Notes under the pieces: model-generated
The model's input: the letters and a program-made list of their open reading frames with translations, nothing else
Databases searched by the model: none
What the model was told of the DNA's origin: nothing
Shown: one piece after another, positions 10,199-22,927 of the stretch
Position numbering within the stretch: the first letter of the stretch is position 1
How the letters are laid out: every line of letters begins with the position of its first letter
Translations under genes and position numbers: made by a program
DNA from: an uncultured Gammaproteobacteria bacterium
Lineage (GTDB): Bacteria; Pseudomonadota; Gammaproteobacteria; Pseudomonadales; JAHEGP01
Assembly (NCBI GenBank): GCA_963792875.1
Contig: CAWBXV010000004.1
Coordinates: 665 to 64,664, forward strand
Direction: 5' to 3'
Length of the DNA stretch: 64,000 bases

Positions 10199-11079
10199 CC
10201 CCGGCCGAACCAAAGCCAGCGCTGGCCTTTGTGGGTCTGGGCGTCATGGGTTATCCCATGGCGGGGCATCTGGCCCGCGCGGGCTACCCGGTCAGCGTCT
10301 ACAATCGCAACCCGTCCAGGGCGCTGGCCTGGTGTGAGGCCTTTTCCGGTCGCCGGGCCGCTACCCCGGCCGAGGCGGCAGCGGGCGCGGACTTCGTGAT
10401 GAGCTGTGTGGGCAACGACGACGATGTCCGGGCGGTGCTGGAGGGTCCGCAGGGCGCGCTGGCGGGCATCGGCGCCGGCGCGGTGGTCATCGACCACACC
10501 ACCACCTCTGCCAGCCTGGCGGAGGAGCTGGCGGACGCCTGCGGGCGCCGGGGCGTGGGCTTCCTCGATGCGCCGGTTTCCGGCGGTGAGGCGGGCGCTC
10601 AGCGCGGCCAGCTCAGCATCATGGTCGGTGGTCCCGCCGCGCTGGTCGAGCGGGCCAGGCCGGTGCTGAGCAGCTATGGCCGGACCATCACCCGCGTCGG
10701 TGAAGTGGGCTTTGGTCAGCGCTGCAAGATGGTCAACCAGATCTGCATCGCTGGCATTCTGCAGGGGCTTGCCGAGGGCCTGCAGCTGGCCCTGGCGTCC
10801 GGGCTGGACATCGATGCCGTGGTGGAAGTCGTCGGCGGTGGCGCAGCGCAATCGTGGCAGCTCGACAACCGGGCGCGCACCATGGCCAGTGGCGAGTTCG
10901 ACTTCGGCTTCGCCATCGACTGGATGATCAAGGACCTCGGCATCTGCCTGGCTGAGGCCGCACGCTTGCACATCGACCTGCCGCTGACGCGGCTGGTGGA
11001 GTCGTACTACGAGGAGCTGCAGACCCGCGGTCTGGGCCGCTGCGACACCTCCGCGCTGATTCGCCGGCTGAGGGGCTGA
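10192..11079 (+). CDS. NAD(P)-dependent beta-hydroxyacid dehydrogenase (3-hydroxyisobutyrate dehydrogenase family)
   Basis: FVGLGVMGYPMA, DAPVSGG, KMVNQ. Confidence 0.93.
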   Translation: MVAPAEPKPALAFVGLGVMGYPMAGHLARAGYPVSVYNRNPSRALAWCEAFSGRRAATPAEAAAGADFVMSCVGNDDDVRAVLEGPQGALAGIGAGAVVIDHTTTSASLAEELADACGRRGVGFLDAPVSGGEAGAQRGQLSIMVGGPAALVERARPVLSSYGRTITRVGEVGFGQRCKMVNQICIAGILQGLAEGLQLALASGLDIDAVVEVVGGGAAQSWQLDNRARTMASGEFDFGFAIDWMIKDLGICLAEAARLHIDLPLTRLVESYYEELQTRGLGRCDTSALIRRLRG

Positions 11080-11098
11080 CGACCGCCCGGCGCCAGCC

Positions 11099-11776
11099 TC
11101 AGATGCCGGTCTGCTTGCGCAGCTCGCGCAGGCGCCGCTGGTTTTCCCCTTTGGCCAGCGGCTTGGGTGCCGGCTTTGCCAGCGCGTGCGGCGACGGCAT
11201 GGGCAGCGGCTCGCCGCGGGCGAGCTGCTCGCACAGGTCCCGGTAGTGGCGGGCGAACACCGGGAAGGCCTGGCGTTCGCCGGTGGTGGCGAGAAAATAC
11301 CAGTCGCTGGCGGCCCCGGCGCAATACACCAGCGGATGTGACCAGCCATACTCCGCCTTGGGCTGCGGCGCATTGCACGCCTCCCGGTAGGCGCTGTAGG
11401 CGTCCGGCACACCCTGCAGGCCGCCGGCACCGCCGCAATACTTGAGCAGGCTGGCGATGGTCGGCAGGTACTCCGACTCGCGCACGGCCTGTGAGGCGGC
11501 GGCGACGATGGCCTCCGGGCGGTAGTCCTGCAGGTATTCGAACCAGAGTTTCTTGGCGTAGATGAGCTTTTCCGGCGTCGGGTAGGCCTTCTGATACTGG
11601 TTGTGAAACACCAGCTCGAACTCGGCGAAGAGGCGGTCGATCGCGTCCATGACCGCCTCGCGGCGCTCGCGCCGCCCGGCCCGCTGATCAGAGTCCTTTG
11701 CGCCAGCTCTGGTCGGTGTGTTTTTCGACAAAGCCGCGGCGGTCCGGCTCAGCTGCTGTTTGAAGGTGTCGCCCAT
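11099..11776 (-). CDS. Lambda replication protein P-like protein (putative helicase loader)
   Basis: AIDRLFAEFEL..AKKLW..YLPT..GVPDAYSAYREAC..WSHPLVY resembles the phage P family; overlaps the upstream DnaT-like gene. Confidence 0.72.
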   Translation of the reverse strand: MGDTFKQQLSRTAAALSKNTPTRAGAKDSDQRAGRRERREAVMDAIDRLFAEFELVFHNQYQKAYPTPEKLIYAKKLWFEYLQDYRPEAIVAAASQAVRESEYLPTIASLLKYCGGAGGLQGVPDAYSAYREACNAPQPKAEYGWSHPLVYCAGAASDWYFLATTGERQAFPVFARHYRDLCEQLARGEPLPMPSPHALAKPAPKPLAKGENQRRLRELRKQTGI

Positions 11777-12851
11777 AGCCCTGCCCTGCTGCCTGTTGCC
11801 AGTGGTGGCGGCGTGCCCACTGGGTTTTCACGTATTGCAGAAAGCGCGTGTTCCACGAACTGTACGCCTGCCGGGTGTCGCGCCAGTACACCACGAATTC
11901 TGCCACGAGCGCGCGCGCGAAGTCGTCGTCGATGTTGGCCATCTGCAGGATATCGAACACGTCGTCACAGGGCTCCCAGTCGGCATCGATGGGGCGAGGC
12001 TCGGTGTCGTACTTCAGGCTGCTCTCATAGCGGCCCCACTGCCGGCGGATGTGCGCGATAAAGCGCGTATCCCAGGTATTGCAGACATCGCCCCGGTCGC
12101 GCCAGTAGAGAATAAACTCGGGCACGGCCTCGAAGATGAAGTCTTCGTCGATGTCGCTGCGCACGAGAATGGTGACGGCGTCCTCCCCCGGCTGCCATTG
12201 GTCGTGCATCGCGATTTCCGGTCTGCCCGCGCTGATCAGGGCGTCCGCTTCGCGCTGCGGAGGCTGGGCCTGCTGCTGCTGCCAGGCGCGCAGCGCGTGG
12301 CTCATGAAGCGCGCGTCCCAGGAGAACGTCGACCCGCCACGCTGCGCCCAGTAGGTAACGAATTCGGGTACCAGCTCAGCGGCGAAGTCGGCTGGAATGC
12401 CGTGAAATTCGCTCAGCTTGCGCAACAGCTCGGCGCCTGGCTGCCAGTCTCTGGCGATCGTGCTGGAGCCCTTGCTGCGGGCCGGCGGCGCCACGGCCGG
12501 TCGCGGCGTGCTGACCACCGGCGCCGGGCGCGCTGGCGCCTCGCTGACCTCGTCGAGGGCAAAGCGCAGGGTGTCGGACAGCATGAACGTGGGGTTGTCC
12601 AGGCGGATCACGCCCAGGCTCTGCAGCTTCCGGCTGATGCGGTCGATGTCCTGGTCGCTCCAGAACGGCATCAGCTTGAGCGCATCGTCGCGCGGCAGCT
12701 CCACCCAGACGTAGCCGCCCTGCCAGTCGCTGCGCCGGTGGGTCAGGCAGTCGCCCAGGATCCTCAGCATGACGGCCTCTTCCAGGCCGATGGTGGCCGC
12801 AAGCGACGCTGAGACGACGATGTGCTGTTCTTGGAAGAGCGGGGAGGACAT
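11688..12851 (-). CDS. Protein with three tandem DnaT-like ssDNA-binding domains
   Basis: Three repeats of WxP...(P/A)EFxxYW...W(D/N)xRF. Confidence 0.78.
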   Translation of the reverse strand: MSSPLFQEQHIVVSASLAATIGLEEAVMLRILGDCLTHRRSDWQGGYVWVELPRDDALKLMPFWSDQDIDRISRKLQSLGVIRLDNPTFMLSDTLRFALDEVSEAPARPAPVVSTPRPAVAPPARSKGSSTIARDWQPGAELLRKLSEFHGIPADFAAELVPEFVTYWAQRGGSTFSWDARFMSHALRAWQQQQAQPPQREADALISAGRPEIAMHDQWQPGEDAVTILVRSDIDEDFIFEAVPEFILYWRDRGDVCNTWDTRFIAHIRRQWGRYESSLKYDTEPRPIDADWEPCDDVFDILQMANIDDDFARALVAEFVVYWRDTRQAYSSWNTRFLQYVKTQWARRHHWQQAAGQGYGRHLQTAAEPDRRGFVEKHTDQSWRKGL

Positions 12852-12952
12852 GGGGATTGCCGGGTCTGCTGTGGTGGAATTTTAAAGGCTCGCCCCGATT
12901 TCTGCCAGCGTTTCGGTTAGAATCGCCGTCACTCAGCGAGGCGGGCGGAATC

Positions 12953-14308
12953 ATGGTCAAAAAGCGCGGCAGCGCCTACGTCTGCAATGACTGCGGCGCG
13001 GACTACCCCAAATGGCAGGGCCAGTGCAGCGATTGCGGGGCCTGGAACAGCCTCTCCGAAGTGCGCATGGCGGCGGCGGCGTCGGCGGTCCGCGGCGGCT
13101 ATGCCGGCAGCCGCAGCACGGTGCGCCTGCTCAAGGATATCGATCTGGCGGAGCTGCCGCGCATCCCCAGCGGGATGGCCGAGCTGGATCGCGTGCTCGG
13201 CGGCGGCCTGGTGCCGGGCTCGGCCATTCTGGTGGGCGGCAGCCCCGGGGCCGGCAAGAGTACCCTGCTGCTGCAGACGCTGTGCCAGCTGGCCGAGGCG
13301 CTGCCGGCGCTGTACGTGACCGGGGAGGAGTCGCTCGAGCAGGTGGCCATGCGGGCGCAGCGCCTTGGCCTGCCGGCCGGCAAGCTGCACATGCTGGCGG
13401 AGACCGACATCGACGCCATCATCGGCGCGGCCACCGCGCTCCAGCCGCGGGTCATGGTGGTCGATTCGATCCAGGTGACGCATCAGGCCGACATTCAGTC
13501 GGCGCCGGGCAGCGTGTCTCAGGTCAGGGAGTGCGCCGCGCTGCTGACCCGCTACGCCAAGCGCAGCGGCACCATTCTCATACTGGTGGGACACGTCACC
13601 AAGGACGGCGCCATCGCCGGCCCCAAGGTGCTGGAGCACATGATCGACTGCTCGCTGATGCTCGAGAGCAGCGGCGACACCCGCTTCCGCACCCTGCGGG
13701 GCCACAAGAACCGCTTCGGCGCGGTCAATGAGCTCGGCATCTTCGCCATGGGCGAGCAGGGGCTGCGGGAGGTCAGGAACCCGTCGGCCATCTTTCTCAC
13801 CCGCGGCAGCGAGGTCAGTTCCGGCTCGGTGGTGATGGTGGTATGGGAGGGCACCCGGCCGCTGCTGGTCGAGCTGCAGGCCCTGGTCGACGGCTCCCAG
13901 TTCGGCAATCCGCGGCGCCTGGCGGTGGGAGCGGACCACAACCGCCTGGCCATGCTGCTGGCCGTGCTGCACCGTCATGGCGGCGTGCAGGTGGGCGATC
14001 AGGACGTGTTCGTCAACGTGGTGGGCGGCGTCAAGGTGCTCGAGACCGGGGCCGACCTGGCGCTGCTGCTGGCGGTGGTGTCGAGCTTTCGCGACCGGCC
14101 GCTGGCGCGCGACCTGGTGGTGTTCGGCGAGGTCGGCCTCAGCGGCGAGATCCGTCCCGTGCCAGGTGGCCAGGAGCGCCTGAAGGAAGCCGCCAAGCAC
14201 GGCTTCCGCCGCGCCATCGTGCCGCGCGGCAACCTGCCGAAGCAGGCGCCGCCGGGCATGCAGGTGGTGGCCGTGGAGAAGCTGGCCGGCGCTCTCGAGG
14301 CGATCTGA
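12953..14308 (+). CDS. radA: DNA repair protein RadA/Sms
   Basis: C4 zinc finger, [16 protein letters not shown], Lon-like C-terminus. Confidence 0.97.
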   Translation: MVKKRGSAYVCNDCGADYPKWQGQCSDCGAWNSLSEVRMAAAASAVRGGYAGSRSTVRLLKDIDLAELPRIPSGMAELDRVLGGGLVPGSAILVGGSPGAGKSTLLLQTLCQLAEALPALYVTGEESLEQVAMRAQRLGLPAGKLHMLAETDIDAIIGAATALQPRVMVVDSIQVTHQADIQSAPGSVSQVRECAALLTRYAKRSGTILILVGHVTKDGAIAGPKVLEHMIDCSLMLESSGDTRFRTLRGHKNRFGAVNELGIFAMGEQGLREVRNPSAIFLTRGSEVSSGSVVMVVWEGTRPLLVELQALVDGSQFGNPRRLAVGADHNRLAMLLAVLHRHGGVQVGDQDVFVNVVGGVKVLETGADLALLLAVVSSFRDRPLARDLVVFGEVGLSGEIRPVPGGQERLKEAAKHGFRRAIVPRGNLPKQAPPGMQVVAVEKLAGALEAI

Positions 14309-14326
14309 GCGCCAGCCGCGCCGCCG

Positions 14327-15992
<1,666 letters not shown>

Positions 15993-16220
15993 GGTGTTGA
16001 TTGCTCCAGATAGTGACCATCCCGCCGAGGGTAACGCCGAGGGGCACGAGGCAGACGGCTGGCTGGGCGAGGTGAAATAACAACGGGTTTGAGTTGGATG
16101 CTCGCATGCGCTGCGGGGCCGGATTCCGGCCGGGCACGGCGCCATGTAAAGCCATCGCCGCATGCATGGAGGTAATGCGGCTGGCGGCCATGACGGCATG
16201 ATAAGGGTTTGTGGGGATGG

Positions 16221-19200
16221 ATGCATAACAATCTGGAGTCGGTGCGGGCGCTGGTCGAGGAAAACGAGGCGGCGACCTTGCTCACCGACAGCGCGGGTGT
16301 GATGCTGCAGATCAACGGCGCCGCCGCGGAACTGCTCGAGGTGGGGCCGGAGCAATGGCAGGGGCGCGATCTGGCGACGCTGCTCGACCCGGGCGGGCGC
16401 CAACAGCTGGCGGTCTGCCTCGACGCGCTGGCCAGCGGCGCGCCGCCCCCGGATGTGCTGCATTACCGCGCGTGCTCTGCCGGCTACGAGGTGCTGAGGC
16501 TGACGCCCATGTCGCTGCATCGAGGCGGGCGCTGCGCCGGCGCTATCTGGTCGCTGCGGCCCGGCGTGGCGCCCGGCCCCGGTGGACAGTTGCGCTGCCA
16601 GCACTTTGAGGCGCTGTTCAATGCGCCGTCACTGCCCGCCTTCGGCCTGGATATCCGCGCGGCCTTCGCCTGGATGGGCGAGCAGGGCGTGCTGGCGCCT
16701 GAGGCGCTGGCGGCGCTGCTGCGTGAGCGCCCCGCGGCGCTGGAGGGCCTGCGCGACTGCGTGCGGCTGCACAGCCCCAACGCCGCTGCCCGCCTGCTCT
16801 GGCAGGTGCAGGAGCACGCGGCAGCGGGGGGCGGGCTGCCGGTAGTCGTCACCGATGAGCAACTGTACCAGGTCGCGCAGCTGGCCGTAGCGATCGGTCA
16901 GGGCAGGGCGCATTTTGAATACCTCTACGACTATCGGGATGGCAGCGGCCAGCAGCATCGCCTGCTGGCGCTGTGCAGTCTGCCGCCGGCCGACCGGCTG
17001 CAGCGGGGTGTGGCGGTCAGATCGGTGGACCTGGCGGAGTTGTCGGACAAGCAGGCCGATAACAGGGCGCGCGAGCGGCTGCTGTCGGCAACGCTCAAGG
17101 CGCTGCCGGACCTGTTGCTGGTCTATGACTATGCCCAGCAGCGCCCTCTGTTCATGAACGATGCGCTGAGTCGCCAGCTGGGCTACGCATGGGAGGACAT
17201 CGAGCGCCTCGGCAGCCGCTTCGTCGCCTCGCTGGTGCACCCGGACGATGTTGCCAGCAGCGACGAACTCGGTGAATTTCTGCAGCGCCTCAGCAGTGGC
17301 GCAGTGGTTGAGCGATCACTGCGCCTGCGCCATGCCGCGGGGCACTGGACGCACTTTCAGTCCCGCAGCACCTGCCTCGAGAAGCGTGAGGGCCGCTGCC
17401 GGCTGGCGGTCATGGTGGCGCGGGACGTGACCGAGCAATTGCTGGCCGAGGCCCGCATCGATCGGCACGAGCAGCGCTACCGCCTGCTGGCCGAAAACTT
17501 CAGCGACATCATCTGCACCACCGATGAGAGCCTCGCCGTCACCTACATCAGTCCATCCGTGGCGCGCGTGCTGGGTTACGAGCTGGAGATGCTCGCCCCG
17601 CGGCAGCTGCAGCGCCTGCGCGAGCGCTCCGCGTACCGGGGCATCTACCAGATGCTCAGCCGCGACCTGGCGCGAGCCCGCCGGGAGCGGCGGCAGCCGG
17701 CCGCTAACTCCTGCGATCAGGTGCGAGTGTTTGAGATCACCGTGCCGCACCGCAGCGGCCGCGCCATCGTGCTGGAGGTGCAGTGCTCGCTGATGTGGGA
17801 CCCCGCCGGGGGTCTGCAGGGTCTGCTGCTGGTGGGGCGTGACGTCACCGCGCGGGTGCGGGCGGAGGCCGACCAGCGGCTGGCCGCGAGGGTGTTCGAC
17901 AACAGTCTGGAGGGCATCTTCATCACCGATCGCGCGGGCAGCATCGTGCAGGTGAACCGGGCCTTCAGCGAGCTCACGGGCTTCTCGGCGCAGGACGTGC
18001 TCGGGCGGCGGCCCTCGCTGCTGGCGGTCAGGGGGCGCAGGGTCAGCTTTGCCGAGGTGATCGGCCCGACGCTGCAGCGCACCGGCTTCTGGCAGGGCGA
18101 GCTGTGGTCGCGGCGCAAACACGGCGCCGATTTTACCGCGGCCGTGAGCATCACCACGCTGGTGGGCAGGGATGGCGAGTTTCTGGGCTACATTACCACC
18201 TTCACCGACGTCACCGAGCGCAAGAACACCGAACAGCGCATCCGTACCCTCGCCTATTTCGATCCGCTCACCGGCCTGCCCAACCGCAGCCTGTTTCTCG
18301 AGCGGCTCGATCAGTCGCTGCGCGCTGCCCGGGGCAAGGACGGTCAGGTGGCCCTGCTCTTCATCGACCTCGACCGGTTCAAGGCCATCAACGACTCGCT
18401 GGGGCATGCCGCGGGCGACCTGCTGCTGGCCAAGATTGCCAGCCGCCTCAGTGGCTGCATCCGTGCCGGTGACAGCATCGCGCGGATGGGCGGCGACGAG
18501 TTCACCATCATCCTCGGTGATATGGCGCAGCGTGCCCGGGCCGTCGCCGCCTCAGTCAGTGTGGCCAGGAAAGTCATGGCGGCGCTGGAGGAGCCCATCC
18601 TGCTGCGCGGTCGGGAGGTGTTTCTCAGCGCCAGCATCGGCATCGCCGTGTATCCGCACGATGGCGGCGACCCGGCCACGCTGCTGCAGCATGCCGACGT
18701 CGCCATGTTCAATGCCAAGAAGGGCGGCAAGAACAACTATCAGTTTTACGTCGATGCCATGAATGCCAGCGCCATCGAAAAGCTCGAGCTGCAGAACGGG
18801 CTCTACCGCGCCGCGGTCAACCAGGCTTTCGAGATCGCCTACCAGCCCATCGTCGAGCTGGCCAGCGGCAGGATCATCGGCGTCGAAACCCTGCTGCGCT
18901 GGAATCATCCCGAGCGCGGCCCGATCGGCCCTGCGGAGTTCGTGCCGGTCGCCGAAGAGTCGGGTCTCATCGTGCGGATCGGCCAATGGGTGCTGGCGCA
19001 GGCCTGTCGCCAGATGGCCGACTGGCTGCGCCAGGGCATCGAGCTGCGCTGGCTGGCGGTGAACATTTCGGCGCGCCAGTTCTCCGAGGGCAATCTGGTG
19101 CAGCACGTGGTGAAGGCGCTGGAGGAGAGCGGGTTGCCCCCGAGCCGGCTCGAGCTGGAGCTCACCGAGAGCATCCTCATGGACGACATGAGCTACACGC

Positions 19201-19571
19201 TCGCCACGCTCAATGAATTGAGAGCGATGGGCGTGACGCTGGCCATCGACGATTTCGGTACCGGCTATTCGTCACTGAGTTATCTCAAGCGCTTTCCCAT
19301 CGACCGCCTCAAGATCGACCGGGCCTTCATTCAGTGCCTGCCCGACGACGAAGAGGACCGTCACATCACCCAGGCCATCATCGCCATCGCCCACAGCTTC
19401 AAACTGTCCGTGGTGGCGGAGGGCGTCGAGAACCCCGCCCAGGCCCGGTTTCTGGGCCAGCATGGTTGTGAGGCGCTGCAGGGCTTCCTGTACGGGCACC
19501 CGATGAGCGCGCCCGAGTTGTCGCGTCGACTGCTCGGCAAGCGCGCCGCAGCGCTGCCCGCTACCGTCTGA
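16221..19571 (+). CDS. Multi-PAS diguanylate cyclase/phosphodiesterase (GGDEF-EAL)
   Basis: Several PAS/PAC repeats, [24 protein letters not shown]. Confidence 0.95.
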   Translation: MHNNLESVRALVEENEAATLLTDSAGVMLQINGAAAELLEVGPEQWQGRDLATLLDPGGRQQLAVCLDALASGAPPPDVLHYRACSAGYEVLRLTPMSLHRGGRCAGAIWSLRPGVAPGPGGQLRCQHFEALFNAPSLPAFGLDIRAAFAWMGEQGVLAPEALAALLRERPAALEGLRDCVRLHSPNAAARLLWQVQEHAAAGGGLPVVVTDEQLYQVAQLAVAIGQGRAHFEYLYDYRDGSGQQHRLLALCSLPPADRLQRGVAVRSVDLAELSDKQADNRARERLLSATLKALPDLLLVYDYAQQRPLFMNDALSRQLGYAWEDIERLGSRFVASLVHPDDVASSDELGEFLQRLSSGAVVERSLRLRHAAGHWTHFQSRSTCLEKREGRCRLAVMVARDVTEQLLAEARIDRHEQRYRLLAENFSDIICTTDESLAVTYISPSVARVLGYELEMLAPRQLQRLRERSAYRGIYQMLSRDLARARRERRQPAANSCDQVRVFEITVPHRSGRAIVLEVQCSLMWDPAGGLQGLLLVGRDVTARVRAEADQRLAARVFDNSLEGIFITDRAGSIVQVNRAFSELTGFSAQDVLGRRPSLLAVRGRRVSFAEVIGPTLQRTGFWQGELWSRRKHGADFTAAVSITTLVGRDGEFLGYITTFTDVTERKNTEQRIRTLAYFDPLTGLPNRSLFLERLDQSLRAARGKDGQVALLFIDLDRFKAINDSLGHAAGDLLLAKIASRLSGCIRAGDSIARMGGDEFTIILGDMAQRARAVAASVSVARKVMAALEEPILLRGREVFLSASIGIAVYPHDGGDPATLLQHADVAMFNAKKGGKNNYQFYVDAMNASAIEKLELQNGLYRAAVNQAFEIAYQPIVELASGRIIGVETLLRWNHPERGPIGPAEFVPVAEESGLIVRIGQWVLAQACRQMADWLRQGIELRWLAVNISARQFSEGNLVQHVVKALEESGLPPSRLELELTESILMDDMSYTLATLNELRAMGVTLAIDDFGTGYSSLSYLKRFPIDRLKIDRAFIQCLPDDEEDRHITQAIIAIAHSFKLSVVAEGVENPAQARFLGQHGCEALQGFLYGHPMSAPELSRRLLGKRAAALPATV

Positions 19572-19668
19572 TCGGCGGCGCGCGGCGGCGATTAACAAAT
19601 CGCCATGCTGATGGGACGGGGTGGCGTATTGGTGTAGAATACCGCCTCATTTTTTGGGGGGTATGACC

Positions 19669-20937
19669 ATGTTCGACGACCAGCTAACCATCGCCCAATT
19701 CGACCCCGACATCTGGGACGCGATCCAGGCAGAGGAGCGCCGCCAGGAAGAGCATATCGAGCTCATCGCCTCGGAAAACTACGCCAGCCCGCTGGTCATG
19801 GCGGCGCAGGGCAGCGTGCTGACCAACAAGTACGCCGAGGGCTACCCCCACAAGCGCTACTACGGCGGTTGCGAATTTGTCGATCAGGCAGAGGAGCTGG
19901 CCATCGAGCGCGTCAAGGCGCTGTTCGGCGCCGCTTACGCCAACGTGCAGCCGCACTCGGGCTCGCAGGCCAATGCCGCCGTGTATCAGGCGCTGTGCCA
20001 GCCCGGCGACACGGTGCTGGGCATGAGCCTGGCCGACGGCGGTCACCTCACCCACGGCGCCAAGCCGAATTTCTCCGGTAAGACCTACCATGCCGTGCAG
20101 TATGGTCTGGTGCCGTCCACCGGCGAGGTCGATTACGACCAGGTCGAGGCCCTGGCGCTGGAACACAAGCCGCGCCTGATCGTGGCGGGCTTTTCGGCCT
20201 ACTCCCGGGTGATGGACTGGCAGCGCTTCCGCGATATCGCCGACCAGGTCGGCGCCTATCTGCTGGTGGACATGGCCCACGTGGCCGGCCTGGTAGCCGC
20301 CGGCCTCTACCCCAACCCGGTGCCCGTGGCCGACGTGGTGACCTCGACCACGCACAAAACCCTGCGCGGGCCGCGGGGCGGGGTCATTCTCGCCCGCGCC
20401 AATGAAGAGCTCGCCAAGAAGTTCAACTCCGCCGTGTTCCCGGGCGGTCAGGGCGGGCCGCTCATGCACGTCATCGCGGCCAAGGCCGTGAGCTTCAAAG
20501 AGGCGATGAGCGACGAGTTCAAGGCCTACCAGCAGCAGGTCGTGGACAACGCCAGGGCGATGGCGCGCACGTTCATGGAGCGCGGCATCGATATCGTCTC
20601 CGGCGGTACCGACAACCACCTGATGCTGGTCAACCTGATCGGCAAGCCCTACACCGGCAAAGACGCCGATGAGGCGCTGGGCCGGGCCAACATCACCGTC
20701 AACAAGAACGCAGTGCCCAATGATCCCCGTCCGCCCTTCGTCACCAGCGGCCTGCGGGTCGGCACCCCGGCCATGACCACGCGCGGTTTCAGCGAGGCCG
20801 AGGCCGTGCAGTTGACGCACTGGATGTGCGACATACTCGATGGGCTGGAGAGCGGCGACGTCGAGCCGGTCATTCAGCGGGTGCAGGCGCAGGTGCTCGA
20901 GATCTGTGCCCGCCATCCCGTCTACCGCAGGATCTGA
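19669..20937 (+). CDS. glyA: Serine hydroxymethyltransferase
   Basis: [27 protein letters not shown]. Confidence 0.98.
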   Translation: MFDDQLTIAQFDPDIWDAIQAEERRQEEHIELIASENYASPLVMAAQGSVLTNKYAEGYPHKRYYGGCEFVDQAEELAIERVKALFGAAYANVQPHSGSQANAAVYQALCQPGDTVLGMSLADGGHLTHGAKPNFSGKTYHAVQYGLVPSTGEVDYDQVEALALEHKPRLIVAGFSAYSRVMDWQRFRDIADQVGAYLLVDMAHVAGLVAAGLYPNPVPVADVVTSTTHKTLRGPRGGVILARANEELAKKFNSAVFPGGQGGPLMHVIAAKAVSFKEAMSDEFKAYQQQVVDNARAMARTFMERGIDIVSGGTDNHLMLVNLIGKPYTGKDADEALGRANITVNKNAVPNDPRPPFVTSGLRVGTPAMTTRGFSEAEAVQLTHWMCDILDGLESGDVEPVIQRVQAQVLEICARHPVYRRI

Positions 20938-21059
20938 GACCGGCGCAGCGCGGGGCCGCTATCGGGCCAGGGCCGCCTTTTTGCCGGGGCGCCGCACGCG
21001 GGGCCTGTGATAGACTCCGGCCTTTGGCGCCTGTATGCGCTGGTGGAGAGCAGGATACG

Positions 21060-21542
21060 ATGCGTTGCCCGTTTTGTGCCGAGGCAGATACCAAGGTGGT
21101 CGATTCGCGCCTGGTGGCGGAGGGAGACCAGGTGCGGCGACGCCGCCAGTGCCTGTCGTGCAGGGAGCGCTTCACCACCTACGAGACGGCGGAACTGCAG
21201 CTGCCCAGGCTCATCAAGAGCGATGGCACCCGTGAGGCCTTCAGCGAGGACAAGCTGCGCAGCGGGGTGCAGAAGGCCCTGGAGAAGCGCCCGGTCGGCG
21301 TCGAGCGGGTCGAGGCCGCACTCAACCGCATTCGGCGTGGGCTGCAGTCCTCCGGTGAGCGGGAGGTGCCGTCGCGGGTGGTAGGCGAGGCGGTCATGAA
21401 CGAACTCAGGCGGCTCGATCATGTTGCTTTTGTGCGCTTTGCGTCGGTGTACCGCGATTTTCAGGATCTCGAGGAATTCCGGACCGAAATCGACCGTCTG
21501 TCCGGCGGCGAGCCTGCGGCCGATGCGTCGGTCTCGGAGTAG
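21060..21542 (+). CDS. nrdR: Transcriptional repressor NrdR
   Basis: MRCPFC...VRRRRQC..C..RFTTYE, ATP cone, VRFASVY. Confidence 0.97.
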   Translation: MRCPFCAEADTKVVDSRLVAEGDQVRRRRQCLSCRERFTTYETAELQLPRLIKSDGTREAFSEDKLRSGVQKALEKRPVGVERVEAALNRIRRGLQSSGEREVPSRVVGEAVMNELRRLDHVAFVRFASVYRDFQDLEEFRTEIDRLSGGEPAADASVSE

Positions 21543-21545
21543 CTG

Positions 21546-22685
21546 ATGCCGGAAGTCTCCCAGGACGGTATCGATCGCGGCTTCATGAGCCGCGCGCTGC
21601 GCTTGGCCAGGCGCGGGCTGATGACCACTGCCCCCAATCCGCGCGTGGGTTGCGTGCTGGTGAAGCAGGGCGCCATCGTGGGTGAGGGCTGGCACCGCGT
21701 GGCCGGCGGCGACCACGCCGAGGTGATCGCCCTGCAGCGGGCCGGCAGTGATGCCGCCGGCGCCACCGCCTACGTGACCCTCGAGCCCTGCAGCCACACC
21801 GGCCGCACGCCCCCCTGCGTAAAGAGCCTGATCGCCGCCGGCGTAGGGCGCGTCGTGGTGGCGATGGAGGATCCCAACCCGCTGGTGCGGGGGCGCGGCA
21901 TCGCGGCCCTGCGCGGTGCCGGGATCGACGTCAGCCTCGGGCTGCTGGCGGCGGAGGCCAGGGCGTTGAACCGCGGCTTCTGTGCGCGCATGCAGCGGGG
22001 CATGCCCTTTGTCTTCGCCAAGCTGGCCTCCAGCATCGACGGCCGCACGGCCATGGCCAACGGCGAGAGCAAGTGGATTACCAGCCCGGCGGCGCGGCAG
22101 CAGGTACAGCGCATGCGCGCGGCCAGCTGCGCCATCATCACCGGGGTCGACACCGTGCTGCAGGACGATCCGGCGCTCACGGTGCGCGAGGACCTGCTGG
22201 GCGCGCCCTACCCGGAAGCGACGCTGCGCCAGCCCCTGCGGGTCATCGTCGATTCCAGACTGCGCACCCATTCCTGGTCCCGCATCCTCACGGAGCCGGG
22301 GGACGTGGTGATCGCCACTTTGGTGGAGGATCGCAAGCGCATCCGACGCTACGAGGCGCTGGGTTGTCAGGTGGTGACACTGCCCCCTGCCGGCGAGCGG
22401 GTGAGCATGACGGCGCTGCTGCACTGGCTCGCCGAGCAGCGCGCCTGCAACGAAGTGATGGTGGAGTCCGGCGCCAGGCTGGCGGGCAGCCTGCTGAGCG
22501 ACGGCCTGCTGGATGAGATTCACCTGTTCATGGCGCCGACACTGCTGGGCTCCAACGCGCGGCCATTGGTCGAGCTGCCGCTGGTGCACATGGGCGAGCA
22601 GGTGCGGCTGGACCTGCAGGAGCTGCGCGCGGTGGGTGATGACTGGTGGCTGCGCCTGGTGCCCAGCCGCCGCCGCAGGACCTAG
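21546..22685 (+). CDS. ribD: Bifunctional riboflavin deaminase/reductase
   Basis: PNPRVG, HAE, TLEPCSHTGRTPPC, SKWIT. Confidence 0.96.
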   Translation: MPEVSQDGIDRGFMSRALRLARRGLMTTAPNPRVGCVLVKQGAIVGEGWHRVAGGDHAEVIALQRAGSDAAGATAYVTLEPCSHTGRTPPCVKSLIAAGVGRVVVAMEDPNPLVRGRGIAALRGAGIDVSLGLLAAEARALNRGFCARMQRGMPFVFAKLASSIDGRTAMANGESKWITSPAARQQVQRMRAASCAIITGVDTVLQDDPALTVREDLLGAPYPEATLRQPLRVIVDSRLRTHSWSRILTEPGDVVIATLVEDRKRIRRYEALGCQVVTLPPAGERVSMTALLHWLAEQRACNEVMVESGARLAGSLLSDGLLDEIHLFMAPTLLGSNARPLVELPLVHMGEQVRLDLQELRAVGDDWWLRLVPSRRRRT

Positions 22686-22790
22686 CGCCGCCGGGGACGA
22701 TCGTGCTGAACTGGCAATCATGGCCCACGGCGTGGCAGCCGCCGGCATGGGCGGGCATGCGCCCGGCGGGCGCGCCGCTTGCGAAGCGGA

Positions 22791-22796
22791 TATAAT
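22791..22796 (+). promoter_or_regulatory. Candidate -10 element upstream of ribB
   Basis: Perfect TATAAT in a GC-rich intergenic gap; no good -35. Confidence 0.45.
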
Positions 22797-22927
22797 GGCG
22801 CGACATCGCGAGCGCCTGCTGCCGGTCAAGGCGGAACCCGGGCGCGGCGCGCACCCGGCCTCAAGCTGGAGACCCTCGCTGCACAGGGTTACACCCGCCA
22901 ATGTCATTCAGCACGATAGTGAGCCCT

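Noticed and set aside
22686-22927. FMN riboswitch before ribB
   Set aside because: No RFN consensus elements visible
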